Below are positions 13,801 to 27,475 of a stretch of DNA of 64,000 nt, piece by piece. Position 1 is the first letter of the stretch, and each line of letters opens with the position of its first letter. This DNA is from Octopus vulgaris (Eukaryota), in the NCBI GenBank assembly GCA_951406725.2, contig OX597820.1, forward strand, positions 1,674,001 to 1,738,000, written 5' to 3'. Below the pieces are notes generated by a model, which worked only from the letters and a program-made list of their open reading frames with translations, did no database searches and was not told where the DNA came from. Both the position numbers and the translations under genes were made by a program.

Positions 13801-15320
13801 AACTGCATAATACCAAATGTCCCTCTCCATCAACAGTAAGGACACAATACTCTTTTCTACCCTAGGTAAAAGGCCCGAAATTTTGGGGGAGGTAGAGCAG
13901 TCGATTAGATCGACCTCAGTGCGCAACTGGTACTTAATTTACCGACCCCGAAAGGATGAAAAGCAAAGTCGACCTCGGCGGAATTTGAACTCAGAACGTA
14001 AAAACAGACGAAATACTAAGTATTTCGTCCGGCGTGCAAACGTTTCTGCCAGCTCGCTGCGTTAGTAAGTACCTAATACTGTAACAGTTTAGGGTTTAAC
14101 TGTCACTGCATTACCAAAAGTCCTCAAGGCGAAGAAGTGGATGAATTAAACACATACACACACACACACACATTTTTAGTCTTTCATTTTAAATGTTTAC
14201 GTTCAACGTCTTGATTATCTGTAAGTGTTGTGTGTACGCAGTGATGATTTGGAAAGTTTTGTTTTGTGTCCTTAATAGTTCTTTTATGGTTTGTAAAGGA
14301 AATATTGGATACCCAGACTGGAGTAGCAAAGACCATGATTATTTAATAATTCTTTTACTGGTTCTAGTCAGTGGACTGCAGCCATGCTGGAGCTTTGTTT
14401 TCGACAGTTTTAGTCGATCATATCGATTCCAGTACCTATTTTATCGAAGTCTATTTGTCGAACCGCTAATTTACAGGGACTATAAATACACACACATACG
14501 TAAATACATGCAAACACAAACATACACACATACACATGTATACGTGCGTGTTTACTTTATTCGTATAGTAATAGATAAATAGATTTTTAACGCTTAAATA
14601 TCGTAATTAGCTTCCATTTCATTGTAAACAATAAGACGCCATATGTATATGTTTATTTATTTATTTTGGAAACAAATCAAGGCTTTAAATTAATTATAAT
14701 ATTAAAACATGCATGACTATTTGGTTGAATTTTATTATAGCCCTTAAAATATCATCAAATGCTTTCATTCTAATGAAAACATTAAAATGTAATCATAACT
14801 TTAGCTTTAATATTATTGTAAACATTAAAACATCGTATCTAGCTTTAATGTTGGAGCAAACCTTAAAACTATGTATGGTGTTTAGTGAATATTACACGCA
14901 TTACGGCAAGTTGTGTACAATAGGCTTTTTTTATTGCTTTAACGAGAGGTCGCTCTCTATTTCGGTGAGGGGTGGGGAGCAATCAACAAATGTATAAATA
15001 TTTATAAGAGCTAATTACGTAGGGTCTTTTCGGTTTAAACGGCAGTTTTTAACATAATTTCTAGGTAACTAAAAAATTTTAAACTCCGTATACTGGTAGA
15101 ATGTGTTTATAAAACATCTTTTTCTCTTGGCTTTATTGGGAAAATTCTACAGTTTGTAAGATATTTGTTGGTTTTTTCTTCAGTTTCTGCAATTTCAACC
15201 AATCAATTACGTCCATTGAGGTAAAAAAAAACATTCTGTGCCGTATGAATATGTCCCTTGTTTAAGAAACAGATTGAGCTTGTTTACATTGTGAAGAAAA
15301 AAAGATACCCTTCCCCCCAC

Positions 15321-15360
15321 CCCTAACCCTAACCCTAACCCTAACTAACCCTAACCCTAA
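15321..15360. repeat. Short interstitial (CCCTAA)n telomere-like tract
   Basis: CCCTAACCCTAACCCTAACCCTAACTAACCCTAACCCTAA. Confidence 0.85.
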
Positions 15361-15889
15361 AACAGATAGAAATGCAAAAGATCGCATCATGCTCGTAAGA
15401 TTGTGGTTTCGATTCCTGGACCGGGCGACGCGTTGTGCTCTTGAGCAAAACACTTCATTTCACGTTGCTTCAGTCCACTCAGCTGGCAAAAATGAGTAAC
15501 GCTGCGGTGGACTGGCTGGGGAACACATACGCCATAGAAACCGGGAAACCGGGCCCATGAGCCTGGCTAGGCTTTAAAAGGGCCCAAATATTTATTTTTT
15601 TTTTTTTTTTTTAGAACAGCATGAAAATATCCTTCAACTAAGATCAGCTACAGACTTGTGATTAAAATGCTTACTTCGCGACCATGTTTTTGGCTTCGAA
15701 CCGACATGTGGCAGAATGCTTAGCGACATTTCTTCCGTCTTTATGTTCTGAGTTCAAATTTCACCGAGATCAACTTTGCCTTTCATCCTTTCGGGGTCGA
15801 TAAAATAAGTAAAAGCTGAACACTGGGGTCGATGTAATCATTTAACCCTCTCCCCACAAAATTACTGGCCTAGTGCCAAAATTTGAAAC

Positions 15890-15995
15890 CTTCTTCTTCT
15901 TCTTCTTCTTCTTCTTCTTCTTCTTCTTCTTCTTCTTCTTCTTCTTCTTCTTCTTCTTCTTCTTCTTCTTCTTCTTCTTCTTCTTCTTCTTCTTC
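15890..15995. repeat. (TTC)n microsatellite
   Basis: Directly visible. Source of the poly-K ORF. Confidence 0.95.
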
Positions 15996-16301
15996 ATTAT
16001 TATTGTTATCCTTTCGAGTCGATAGAATAAGCAGTAGTTCAGCACTGGAGTTGATGTAATTTCAGACATTGTGCCTATAGTAGAAGGAATTAGGCCCATT
16101 ATAAATTTCTGTAGTGATTATCTCATCGCTACTTAAACAAATTAGCGAAGTGTAGGCTTTGCTGATGAAGTCATAAGATCAAAGCATGTCTGGAATTGTC
16201 TCCTGTGCTTGCAGAAATTAGACACCGTTTCGTAACTCATTACTGCACATTTATTTCTCGCTACTTGTTTTTTGTTTAATGCTTCTTGCATCAGCTAAAA
16301 C

Positions 16302-16373
<72 letters not shown>

Positions 16374-16380
16374 GCGCACA

Positions 16381-16452
<72 letters not shown>

Positions 16453-17317
16453 CGACGGGCTTCTTTCAGTTTTCGTCTATCAAATCTACTCACAAGGCTT
16501 TGGTCGGACCGATGCTGTAGTAGAAGACACTTGCCCAAGGTGCCACGAAGTGGGACTGAACCCAGAACCATGTGGTTGGTAAGCAAGCTACTTACCACAC
16601 ATCCACACTAGCTCCTGTACATATATGTATGAACGTACTTATGTATTATAAGTACTAGTGAAAACTGTAACTTGATGCTGGCGTGAATGCAGTTAATATA
16701 TATTATATCTTATTTTTACTGCGTTCCCTCCTCTTGTGTTTTTATTAATTAGCATGCACTAACTAATGTGTGTGTGAGTGTGTGTCTGTGTCTGTGTGTG
16801 TTGTGTGTGTGCGTGAATGTATGTGTTCTATATTTTCATTGATATTGAATCAATAACCAAGATACATATTAATTTGTGCAAAATTCGTGGGCGTAACCAG
16901 TATTTCGATCTGTTGAGAAGGTTCTTAATTATTAAAACTAATTCACCATTAGCCGCTTAATTAGTGAAAAACGCATTAAAATAAATTATTGATAATACTT
17001 ATATATGCATGGAGCTGCGAGGTGCGTGTCGTTCGAACTTGTCCATTCCCATCACTGCTGGCTATGTGAGTAGTCAAGTACCTGCTTGTCCATTTACATT
17101 GAAATCTAGGGCGCTAGATAGGAATATTTATTTTATTTTCCGTCATACAATCGACATAAGATATTGTGTAAACATGTTGTATAAACATTCACACATCGTC
17201 ACTATCTTAACAAACCCTGCCTTATTTCACGTTGACGGGCCGAGTGCTTTGTCCTCTAATGTGAACCCAAAAGCATGTGATTGGTTAGATAGCTACTACC
17301 ACACATCCAATATGTGC

Positions 17318-17357
<40 letters not shown>

Positions 17358-17365
17358 GCACATAT

Positions 17366-17860
17366 TGGATGTGTGGTAAGTAGCTATCTAACCAATCACA
17401 TGCTTTTGGGTTCAGCATGGCAGAGCAGGGAAGTGTCTTCTACTATATCCTCGGCCCGAATAAAGCTTTTTGAGCGGATTTGGTAGATGGAAACTGAAAG
17501 AAGCCTTCGTATATTTATGTATGTATATGATTGTGTGTCTGTGCTTGTGCCCCCACTATCGCTTGACAACCGATGTTGGTGTGTTTCCGTCTCCAAAATA
17601 TAGCGGTCCGGCAAAAGATAGAAGATAGAATAAGTAATAGGCTTACAAAAATTAGTCCTGGGGTCGATTTGTTCGACTGTAGGCGGACTCCAGTATGGTC
17701 GCAGTTATATGACTGAAACGAATAAAAGAAATATATATATATATAAATATATGTGTGTGTGTGTATATGTGTGTAAAATAAATATGTATATATACATACA
17801 TGAATATATATATGAAATATATTTGTGTATGTATGCATGCATATATATGTGTATGTATGC

Positions 17861-17912
<52 letters not shown>

Positions 17913-17970
17913 ATATATATATATATATTTATATACGTGTGTGCGTATGTATGTAATTTATGTGTATGTT

Positions 17971-18013
<43 letters not shown>

Positions 18014-18546
18014 ATATGTAATGTATGTATATATATGTATATATATGTGTATGTATAATTAGCTTGCAAACCAACCATATGGTTCTAGGTTCAGTCCCAC
18101 AACATGACAATTTCGACAAGTGTCTTTTGCTATAGCATCGTTTCCGACCAAAGCCTTGTGAGTGGATTTGTTAGACGGAAACCGAAAGATATATATTTAA
18201 TATCTATATCTCTCTATAGATTTAAAATTTTTATTCTTTTCTCTTTAATCTTCTGTCATCTGATTTATTCTTTTATGTTCTGTGAATACTCTGTCTGGAA
18301 CTTCCTGCATACACGTTGTCACTGACGACGGAATACCCTGAGGACTGGAGATGCGGACCCATCACCTGTGTTTTCCAGAAACTGAGATATTAACTACTTC
18401 TACTTCTCCATTTTTCATTCCACTCTAATTAAATATTCTAAATGACCCGAGATACTCGCCCTGTTTTGGCTTTCATTTATTTTCCTTTAATATGTATGTA
18501 GGTATCTCTCTTTCTATATATATATAGATATATATATGTATGTATG

Positions 18547-18586
<40 letters not shown>

Positions 18587-18754
18587 TATATAAATTTATA
18601 TGTCTGTATTATATATATGTAACATATATATATATATATAATATATATTATATATAAGTCCTTTAGAAGCTCCTTCTATATAATAAATTAATTTTACTCT
18701 GCTATGTATTGAGTACCTTATTTACTGTGGTTAACCCCGAATCAACCCGGGACC

Positions 18755-18810
<56 letters not shown>

Positions 18811-19136
18811 CGTGATCACCGTAACCGACCATCAGATGTTGCTACACATCGCTGGTCACAATGCGTTTGTATTGTTTTAGCCTTCGAACGACGCCACCAC
18901 GCTGGCTCAGCGAGCAGGCCAACAGAAGAAAGAGTGAGAGAAAGAGTGGTGAAAGGGCACAGCAGGAATCACCACCCCCTGTCGGAGCCTCGTGGAGCTT
19001 TTAGTTGTTTTCGCTCAATAAACACACACAACGCCCGGTCTGGGAATCGAAGCCGCGTTCCTCCGACCGCGAGTCCGCTGCCCTAACCACTGCGCCTCCA
19101 CACACGCACACACACACACACACATATATATATATT

Positions 19137-19198
<62 letters not shown>

Positions 19199-19991
19199 CA
19201 TATATATACACATAAGTGTGTGTGTGTGTGCCATAAGCTGTTTTCACTGTCCGTCTTGTTTATAGCAGAGAACGTTTGCTCTAGGTGCCATGCAGTGGAA
19301 TTGAACCCGAAATCCTGTTGTTCAGAAACGAACTGCTGACCACACAGCCACGCCTATACCTGTAACGCTTGTCTACGTGTCTGTGTGTGTGTCCATACAT
19401 ATATCACTATATACACGTTTCTAATTATATGTGTGTAAGTATGCATGTGTGTGCCTGTGTATATACAGATAATTCGATTGAATGTTAAGGTGTCGGACGA
19501 TGTCAGGCAGAGAGATTATGACGTCACAAGAACAAAATAGATTTAAAGAGAGAGCTTGTCATTTTCTTCTCTTCTCTCACTCTCTCCCCAAACCTTTCTT
19601 CTCTCATAATAATTACATCGTAAAATACCTTAGAAATGAGAACCCTGGTTCGAAATTTCCCCACGACACCTGATGAAAGCTGGAGGGTATATCAGCCGAA
19701 GCGTTGTGTTTACAACAAACAAGATGAGGACGAATATCCGTCAAATGTAAATAATGTAAATAAGAACTTAATCGTTTCAAATTTTTTAATTCTTTGCTTG
19801 TTTCAGCGTATTTTTGACCACCAAAATGACCAAGATTGTATTTTTAGCTGCATTACTAAAGGCATTATGTGACTTCGGACTGTTCATTGCTTATACTGTC
19901 AATATAGTCGAGTGAAATACTTGACGTGTATCTAAAGGAAATGTTGACCGGCCATAATCAAGGATATTCTGTTCGATAACAACTTCAAAGG

Positions 19992-20086
<95 letters not shown>

Positions 20087-20225
20087 GTGTCTGTGTGTGT
20101 ATGTGTACATATATATAACGGGAAGGGGAGAGGGAGAGGAGAAGGGGCAGAAGGAGAGAAAGGGAGTGAGGGATATATATATATGCATAAATATATATAT
20201 ATGTATGTATGTATATATATATGTA

Positions 20226-20276
<51 letters not shown>

Positions 20277-20317
20277 CTGTGTGTCTGTGTGTCTGTGTGT
20301 GTGTGTCTCTGTGTGTG

Positions 20318-20357
<40 letters not shown>

Positions 20358-20655
20358 CAAATATATATACATATACGTATATATATTAAGAGAGAGAGAG
20401 AGAGAGGGTGGGTATATTAAGGACCGTGTAACGAAATCACATGGAGTGTCAGTTGGAATTGATCCAAAAGCCATAGAAACCCTTGCTTCAGACCGAGTTG
20501 AATGGCAAACAAAATTGCAGTGAAAGTTTTGAAGAAGCCAGGATGACCCAATCAAAACTGAAAACAAAATTAAAGAAAAATGTTATTATCAACGAGAAAA
20601 TGAATCTCAACAATTTCTTTTGTGTGTGAACATATTTTCTGAAAATTCTATTACT
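17366..20655 (+). repeat. Segmental duplication, copy 1 (copy 2 at ~28763-32107)
   Basis: Collinear blocks: 17366-18500 vs 28763-29760; 19240-19995 vs 30045-30790; 20448-20655 vs 31898-32107. Confidence 0.9.
19665..19710 (+). ncRNA. Minimal type I hammerhead ribozyme motif (Penelope pLTR type), degenerate
   Basis: GACAC-CUGAUGA-AA-GCUG(loop)CAGC-C-GAAG-CG-UU-GUGUU. Sister copies at 24743-24788 and 30455-30500 give a consensus with GGCUG/CAGCC stem II and GAAA. Confidence 0.7.
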
Positions 20656-20690
20656 GTACTAATTTTCTCCACCAAGTTCACAGCTTAACT
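20420..20690 (+). mobile_element. Decayed RTE-clade LINE 3' fragment (duplicated at ~31898-32110)
   Basis: Reads [28 protein letters not shown], similar to the RTE C-terminal IDxxxWExLAxDRxxWR motif. Confidence 0.55.
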
Positions 20691-21374
20691 ACAGCTCTTG
20701 GTAGTCCAAACCGGGTATGCAATTTAAGCGAGAAGAAAAAAGAAAGATGAGACCGATAGATCACGTACCAGGTCTTTTTCTAAAACAAATCAGTTCTAAG
20801 GTCTATTTGTTCCACTGAAACACTTCAAGGTGTTGCTCTAGCATGGCCGCACTCAGATAAGTGAAAAACGAATATTGTATAGACTAAGCTCATTTTGTGG
20901 AGGCACATGGCCTAGTAAATCGGAAAACTGATCAATTGAATTCTTGTGATGCATATGTATGCATGTATGTATAAATATATGTACGTATGTATGTATGTAT
21001 GTATGTATGTATGTATATATGTATGTATGTATGTATGTATTACGTATGTATATATGATTCTAGGTCTGTATGTACGACGTATGTATGTATGTTTCTTATT
21101 TTGTATACATGTAACTATGTATATTTCTATGTATGTATGTGATTTGTATAAATGAAGAAAGTGAGAGAGGGCGGAAGAGAAGGAGAGAGATAGGAATGAT
21201 TAAAAATTAAAAAAATAGGACTTCTTGGGAGTGATATATAAAATATTTATATATGTAAATAGAAAGAAACAAAATACTGAAGAACATTTAATTATGTATA
21301 TATATATGTGTATAGGTATATATATGTGTGTGTGTGTGTATGTGTGCGTGTGAGTGAGTCTCTGTGAGTGTGTG

Positions 21375-21431
<57 letters not shown>

Positions 21432-21605
21432 GAGAGAGAGAGAGAAATAAAATCATAACCCACCGCAAATTAGGCGAAAGTAATACACAGGCACACACAC
21501 ATACATGAATATATATTTGTAAATAAATATATTCCTACATATATGCATACATACATTCATAGATTGATGCACACACATAAACACATGCACACAAATATAT
21601 GCATA

Positions 21606-22020
21606 TCTCTTATTATAAAAGGCAGATTTTATCTGCCTCCCTTTGGGAGTTATACAAATCTACAATATAGGATTTCTTCAATTACAAGTTACCTAGCAGT
21701 TTTAAGAGTACAATGCATCGCGTCATGCCAGGTCCAGTTTTTAAAATTTAAGCTCCAATTAAGCAAAATTTACAGAAAACTCACATTCTGGTGTGTGTGT
21801 CAAATGCTTTTCTTAGTCTGGTTTACACCACACGCAAACGCACACACACAGTGGGCAACGAATAAAATGAAAGTAAATAGCGACAGAGTGATTTGAGGAA
21901 GACTAAAGTGAAAGTATTCTGTCTATGACGCTGATAGATACATGAGTAAAATGTATGGGAAGCTAAGAGCTAAGAGTGAGTGAAAATGTTCTTGGAAGAG
22001 AGTAATTAGTAATAAAGTAA
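21606..22020 (+). mobile_element. Possible Helitron-like 5' end fragment
   Basis: A|TCTCTTATTATAAAAGGCAG start resembles the 5' ends of the Helitrons at 22742 and 46136. No 3' end found. Confidence 0.35.
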
Positions 22021-22101
22021 ACATACACTCATACATACATACATACATACATACATACACACACACACATACACACACATACATACACACACACACATAC
22101 A

Positions 22102-22133
<32 letters not shown>

Positions 22134-22275
22134 CATACATACATAAACACACACACATACACACACACACAGTATTGAAGCTTGAGAACAATCAGATACA
22201 TTTGCAACACATCTGTTGAAAATATTATTGTTCACACACATACATATACATATATACATACAGACAGACAGACAG

Positions 22276-22308
<33 letters not shown>

Positions 22309-22379
22309 ATCCAGCATGGCCACAACCTCAAGGCTGAAACATATAAAAGAATAACAGAATATAAATGTGCAAAGTACAA

Positions 22380-22720
22380 GAAATATTAATGCAGTATATG
22401 GGGATTGGACAATAAGCGTAAGGCAGTGTCAATGGTGGTTCCAGTAATCCCGAGCCATAAACTACAGCCTAGAAGACGAGCCTCATCCTGAAAGATCTGT
22501 AGAACTCGACAAGGACATCCTGAAAACCCTGGTGGAACAAAATATCATCGTAACTGTTGAGGAACTAGCAGAGAAGCTTGGATTTGGTCATTCAACCATT
22601 CATTGAGACCTGTGTGCTATCGGAAAAGTCAGCAAATTGGGTCAATGGGTTCCTCACGAACTTTCCGAGTCTAGTTGCATGCAGAGAGTGAATGTATGCT
22701 TTTCTCTGCTGTCACATCTC
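22380..22720 (+). mobile_element. Mariner transposase fragment
   Basis: Translates SVELDKDILKTLVEQNIIVTVEELAEKLGFGHSTIH*DLCAIGKVSKLGQWVPHELS, including the diagnostic WVPHEL motif. Confidence 0.9.
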
Positions 22721-22741
22721 ACCACTACTGCGCTATGTATA

Positions 22742-23376
22742 TCTATATATATAAAACTGTAGTTGTATGAGTGTCTGTCCCCTTCGATTTAGATTCCTAA
22801 CTACTCCCACATTTTGCGGTGCAGTTTAACCAAATTCGGGTATCTTATAGTCGTGATTCATATCGAGCCCGCCTGAGTATTAGCGCGCGTCTACAATGAG
22901 TCTACGATTTTAAAAATAATTTAACATTATTTTTTATTCCATTTTAATGCATAATTTTTCGTGTGTCGATGGCGGCGGAGTTGGCGTCCACGCTCACACC
23001 TGCACCTGTGGGGAAGGGAGTGTAAGGAAATCAACGTCGTAATGCGTTGTCAAGAAGACCAGTGTTCTTTTAGAACAACGACTTCATGGCTTGAAGACAC
23101 CAAAACAGAAATGGCTAAGAAAGCGTCTACATGAGTCTACGATTTAAAAAAGAAATTACCATCGTTTTTTTTCCATTTTAATGCATTTTTCGCTATTATA
23201 TAAGGGAAGTAAATCTCTAAAAATGTCTACGATGAGTCAACGATTTAAAAAAAATTTACCATCATATTTTTTCCATTTTTAATGCATTTTTTGCTATTTT
23301 TTGGCTATAACTCTCTAAAAATGCTTATATAGTTATTTCCCTTACAAACCCGAGCAACGCCGGGCGATACTGCTAG
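22742..23376 (+). mobile_element. Non-autonomous Helitron
   Basis: Inserted A|T, 5' TCTATATATATAAAA, 3' hairpin CCCGAGCAACGCCGGG then CTAG. Internal subterminal repeats. Confidence 0.85.
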
Positions 23377-23402
23377 TATATATATATGTGTGTGTGTGTG
23401 TG

Positions 23403-23442
<40 letters not shown>

Positions 23443-24368
23443 TATATTGAGGTTATGAGAGGAAATGGTGTAAATAAGACCCAGAGGTGTCAGGTAATAA
23501 TACTTTGAATACTACGTAAATACTATAGCAGCTTACACACAAGGTACAGGAATCTTTTCGGTAAACCATTCTGCCTAAATAATGGAACTACAGATACAAT
23601 ATCCCTGCATATCTCACATCTATTTTCATTCCTCCACTCCACTCTCTATTTCATATCTTATCTAGAATAACAATTGCTTAACAATCTTCTCACACCGTCT
23701 AAATTATCCCGGAAACAGCTCTAAGACCTTCTCTTTATAAATGTTCTGAGATCTTTCACAGCCTGAGATTTTTATCTCATTCTGTTAATCTTTTTTCATA
23801 TATACGCATGCTGATATATGAGATACGTTGGACTCCTCATTTCCTGAATCACCGAACATGGAGCTTAACTACCGTCTGTCCATAGCATTTACTCAGCATT
23901 ACCTGACACCTTTGGGATTTATTGACTCCATTACATCGCATAACCTTTATATATAGAGTGAGAGAGAAAGGAGGGAGACGGGAGAGAGAGGGAGTCAGTA
24001 TGAGACAATATATTAGACAAAGTTTAATAATTTTCAACAAATAAATAAAATGAAGCAGATTGGATGTTAAAATGGATTATCCTTTTATTTCATAATCCCA
24101 TCCCAGACAATTGTTTCTGTGAGAAAAAAAACAAGATATCCATAAAGAGATTTAAAGGAAAAAGAGTACAGAGATGTACTTGCATTGCAAGTGATTTGAT
24201 CTGAGATCGTGTGCTGAAACGTAAACAATTGCAGCGTGGAAGGTGTTTGTAAGCCATTTAAGAAACACACAAAAGCCGTTCGATTTACTTCAACATTTAA
24301 GTTTAATTTGTCAAAATATTTTGGTCGCTATAAGACCGTGACCTGCGGTCTTATAGAAAAAGGAATTT

Positions 24369-24406
<38 letters not shown>

Positions 24407-24409
24407 TTT

Positions 24410-24512
24410 ATTTATATCGTTGCGGCTGATATACCCTACACCCTTAATCAGGTGTTTTGGGGAAATTTCAAACCTGGGCTCTCATTCCTCAGGTATCTTA
24501 CGATGTTGCTAA

Positions 24513-24601
<89 letters not shown>

Positions 24602-24874
24602 GCATTATTATTATTATCATCATTATTATTATTATTATTATTCATGTCACTGCCTGGAATCGAAGTCTGAATGTTGGGGTTAGTAGCCCTCGCTCTTAAC
24701 CACTATGCCAATATTCCCGTGGACAGATGGCATAGTGATTAAGACACCTGATGTAGGCTGGAGGGCATATCAGCCGAAACGTTGTGTTAAGAACAAACAG
24801 ATGAGGACACATATCCTTCAAATATAAATAATGTAAATAATGTACATATTTCCGCATTTCTTAAATATAGAACT

Positions 24875-24880
<6 letters not shown>
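24410..24880. mobile_element. Penelope-type pLTR fragments in inverted orientation around an (ATT)n tract
   Basis: 24410-24510 is the reverse complement of the 19615-19700 pLTR segment. 24743-24880 is a forward copy with the hammerhead motif GACAC-CUGAUGU-A-GGCUG/CAGCC-GAAA-CG-UU-GUGUU. Confidence 0.7.
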
Positions 24881-24915
<35 letters not shown>

Positions 24916-24971
24916 CATTATTAAATCTCAGAATGAGATTGAAACAGTAATCGCTCGACAATGTAAAGTAT

Positions 24972-25192
24972 AGAAGCCATCTTATCATGGCTAACCACAT
25001 AGGGGAGGGGGTGTTACTGTAGCTTTATAGCCCCAGGAGATCTTCGTCTCCAGCTGGCTTTAGACACCATATCAGTGCCATATCAGTGCGCACTGGTATG
25101 GTGTCTAAAGCCAGCTGGAGACGACGATCTCCTGGGGCTATAAAGCTACAGTACACCCCTCCCCTATCTAGTTAGCTATGTTAAGATGGCTT

Positions 25193-25194
<2 letters not shown>
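24972..25194. repeat. Inverted repeat, ~105-bp arms
   Basis: AGAAGCCATCTTA..ATCAGTGC / GCACTGGTATG..TAAGATGGCTTCT, with an 11-bp direct duplication CATATCAGTGC at the centre. Confidence 0.9.
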
Positions 25195-25238
<44 letters not shown>

Positions 25239-25442
25239 TATATATATAACAGGCATACATTGCTGAAAGTGTTCAATACTTCAATTTAAGTTGTAATTTT
25301 CTAATTTATTACGACAGCAGGGACTTGAAGTTTGTCTTGTACCCCATACAACAAATATTTATAATCCTTGTCGTTTATTGATTTACAATTATTATCCGTG
25401 GGTATATCACGGGTACAGTTCAGGAAAATATCACTTCTATAA

Positions 25443-25522
<80 letters not shown>

Positions 25523-25821
25523 AGGAGCAATAGCCTAGTGTTTAAGGCAGCGGACTTACGGTCGCAGAATCGCGGTTTCGATTCCCAGACCGGGCGTTGC
25601 GTGTGTTTATTGAGCGAAAACACCTATAGAAAGCTCCATGAGGCTCCGGCAGGGGGTGGTGATCCCTGCTGTACTCTTTCACATCTTCGCCAGTTCAAAA
25701 CTTATGAAGCTTAACGATTGTGTCACAAATTTATTGACTGCTATTTCTAATAAAAATTGGTGGCTTGTTGAACCACAACTTACTCTCTCTCTCTCTTTCT
25801 CTCTCTCCCCCTTCTTCTCTT

Positions 25822-25881
<60 letters not shown>

Positions 25882-25997
25882 GCACACAGATACATAAATA
25901 AATATTTGTAAATATATTCCAAAATTTATGCACACAGACATGCATAAATGGATACACAGACAAATATATATATATATATGTACATACGGATAGATAG

Positions 25998-26043
<46 letters not shown>

Positions 26044-26304
26044 ATGTATATATATATATATATATATAATGTGTGTCCATACATATTTGTCCATATATAT
26101 ACCTACCTATACATCTATATATACAAATGCAGACATGTAATTGTGTCTGTGAATGTAAAGCCTTGACAATAATGATGATGACGATTATGATGATGATGGT
26201 GACGAAAGCTGCTTACATGTATATAAAAATGACTGACCTGATTTTTGACTAAGAGGCCTGCAGTCGTTAATGTTAAGTCAAGTGTGACTCAGTTTCAACA
26301 TTCT

Positions 26305-26339
<35 letters not shown>

Positions 26340-26417
26340 TACACACACACAAACTAACACAGATAAACACGCAGGTGACTCAGACCAACAATTACTGCTA
26401 TATCCTGCCCACCCAGA

Positions 26418-27475
26418 TGTGGCAAGCTAGTAGAAACGTTAGTGCCCCGCGCGAAATGCTTAGCCGTATTTCGTTCGTCGCTAAGTACTGAGTTCAATTT
26501 CCGCCGAGGTCGACTTTGCCTTTCATCATTTCGGGGTCGATAAATTAAGTACCAGTTGCGCACTGGGGTCGAAGTAATCGACTTAATCCGTTTGTCTGTC
26601 CTTGTTTGTCCCCTCTATGTTTATCCCCTTGTGGCTAATAAAGAAACAGATATTTCGCCCGTCGATACGTTATGAGTTCAAATTCAGCCGGGGTCGACTT
26701 TGCCTTTCATCATTTCGGGGTCGATAAATTAAGTACCAGTGACGCACTGGGGTCGAAGTAATCGACGTAATCCGTTTGTCTGTCCTTGTTTTGCCCCTCT
26801 ATGTTTATCCCCTTGTGGCTAATAAAGAAACAGATATTTCGCCGGTCGATACGTAATGAGTTCAAATTCAGCAGAGGTCGACTTTGCCTTTCATCATTTC
26901 GGGGTCGATAAATTAAGTACCAGTTGCGCACTGGGGTCGAAGTAATCGATTTAATCCGTTTGTCTGTCCTTGTTTGTCTCCTCTATGTTAGCCCCGTGTT
27001 GGTAATAAAGAAACAGATATTTCACCGGTCGATACATTTTGAGTTCAAATTCAGCCGAGGTCAACTTTGCCTTTCATCATTTCGGGGTCGATAAATTAAG
27101 TACCAGTTGCGCACTGGGTTCGAAGTAATCGATCTAATCCGTTTGTCTGTCCTTGTTTCTCCCCACTATGTTAGCCCCTGTGTTGGTAATAAAGAAACAG
27201 ATATTTCACCGGTCGATACATCTTGAGTTCAAATTCAGCCGAGGTCAACTTTGCCTTTCATCATTTCGGGGTCGATAAATTAAGTACCAGTTGCGCACTG
27301 GGGTCGAAGTAATCGATTTAATCCGTTTGTCTGTCCTTGTTTGTCCCCTCTATGTTAGCCCCGTGTTGGTAATAATAAAGAAACATATTTCACCCGTCGA
27401 TACATTTTTTGTTCAAATTCAGCCGAGGTCAACTTAGCCTTTCTTTATTGCGGGGTCGATAAATTAAGTACCAGT
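26418..27475 (+). repeat. Tandem array of SINE family D, ~184-bp period, ~5.5 units
   Basis: The GAGTTCAA motif recurs at ~26490, 26674, 26858, 27041, 27225 and 27409. Confidence 0.95.

Noticed and set aside
15842-16099. Poly-lysine ORF (and poly-N/L/I ORFs at 24236-24699)
   Set aside because: (TTC)n and (ATT)n microsatellites.
18318-18385. CTGACGA...GAAAC as another hammerhead (paralog at 29584-29655)
   Set aside because: Both copies are too degenerate to assign stems II and III with confidence.
19482-19673. 63-aa ORF conserved in both duplicated copies (30272-30463)
   Set aside because: Conservation is explained by recent duplication. It runs into a pLTR repeat and has no recognisable domain.
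26418-27475. Regularly spaced repeats as a possible CRISPR array
   Set aside because: Whole 184-bp units repeat with no unique spacers. It is SINE-derived, eukaryotic, and has no cas genes.
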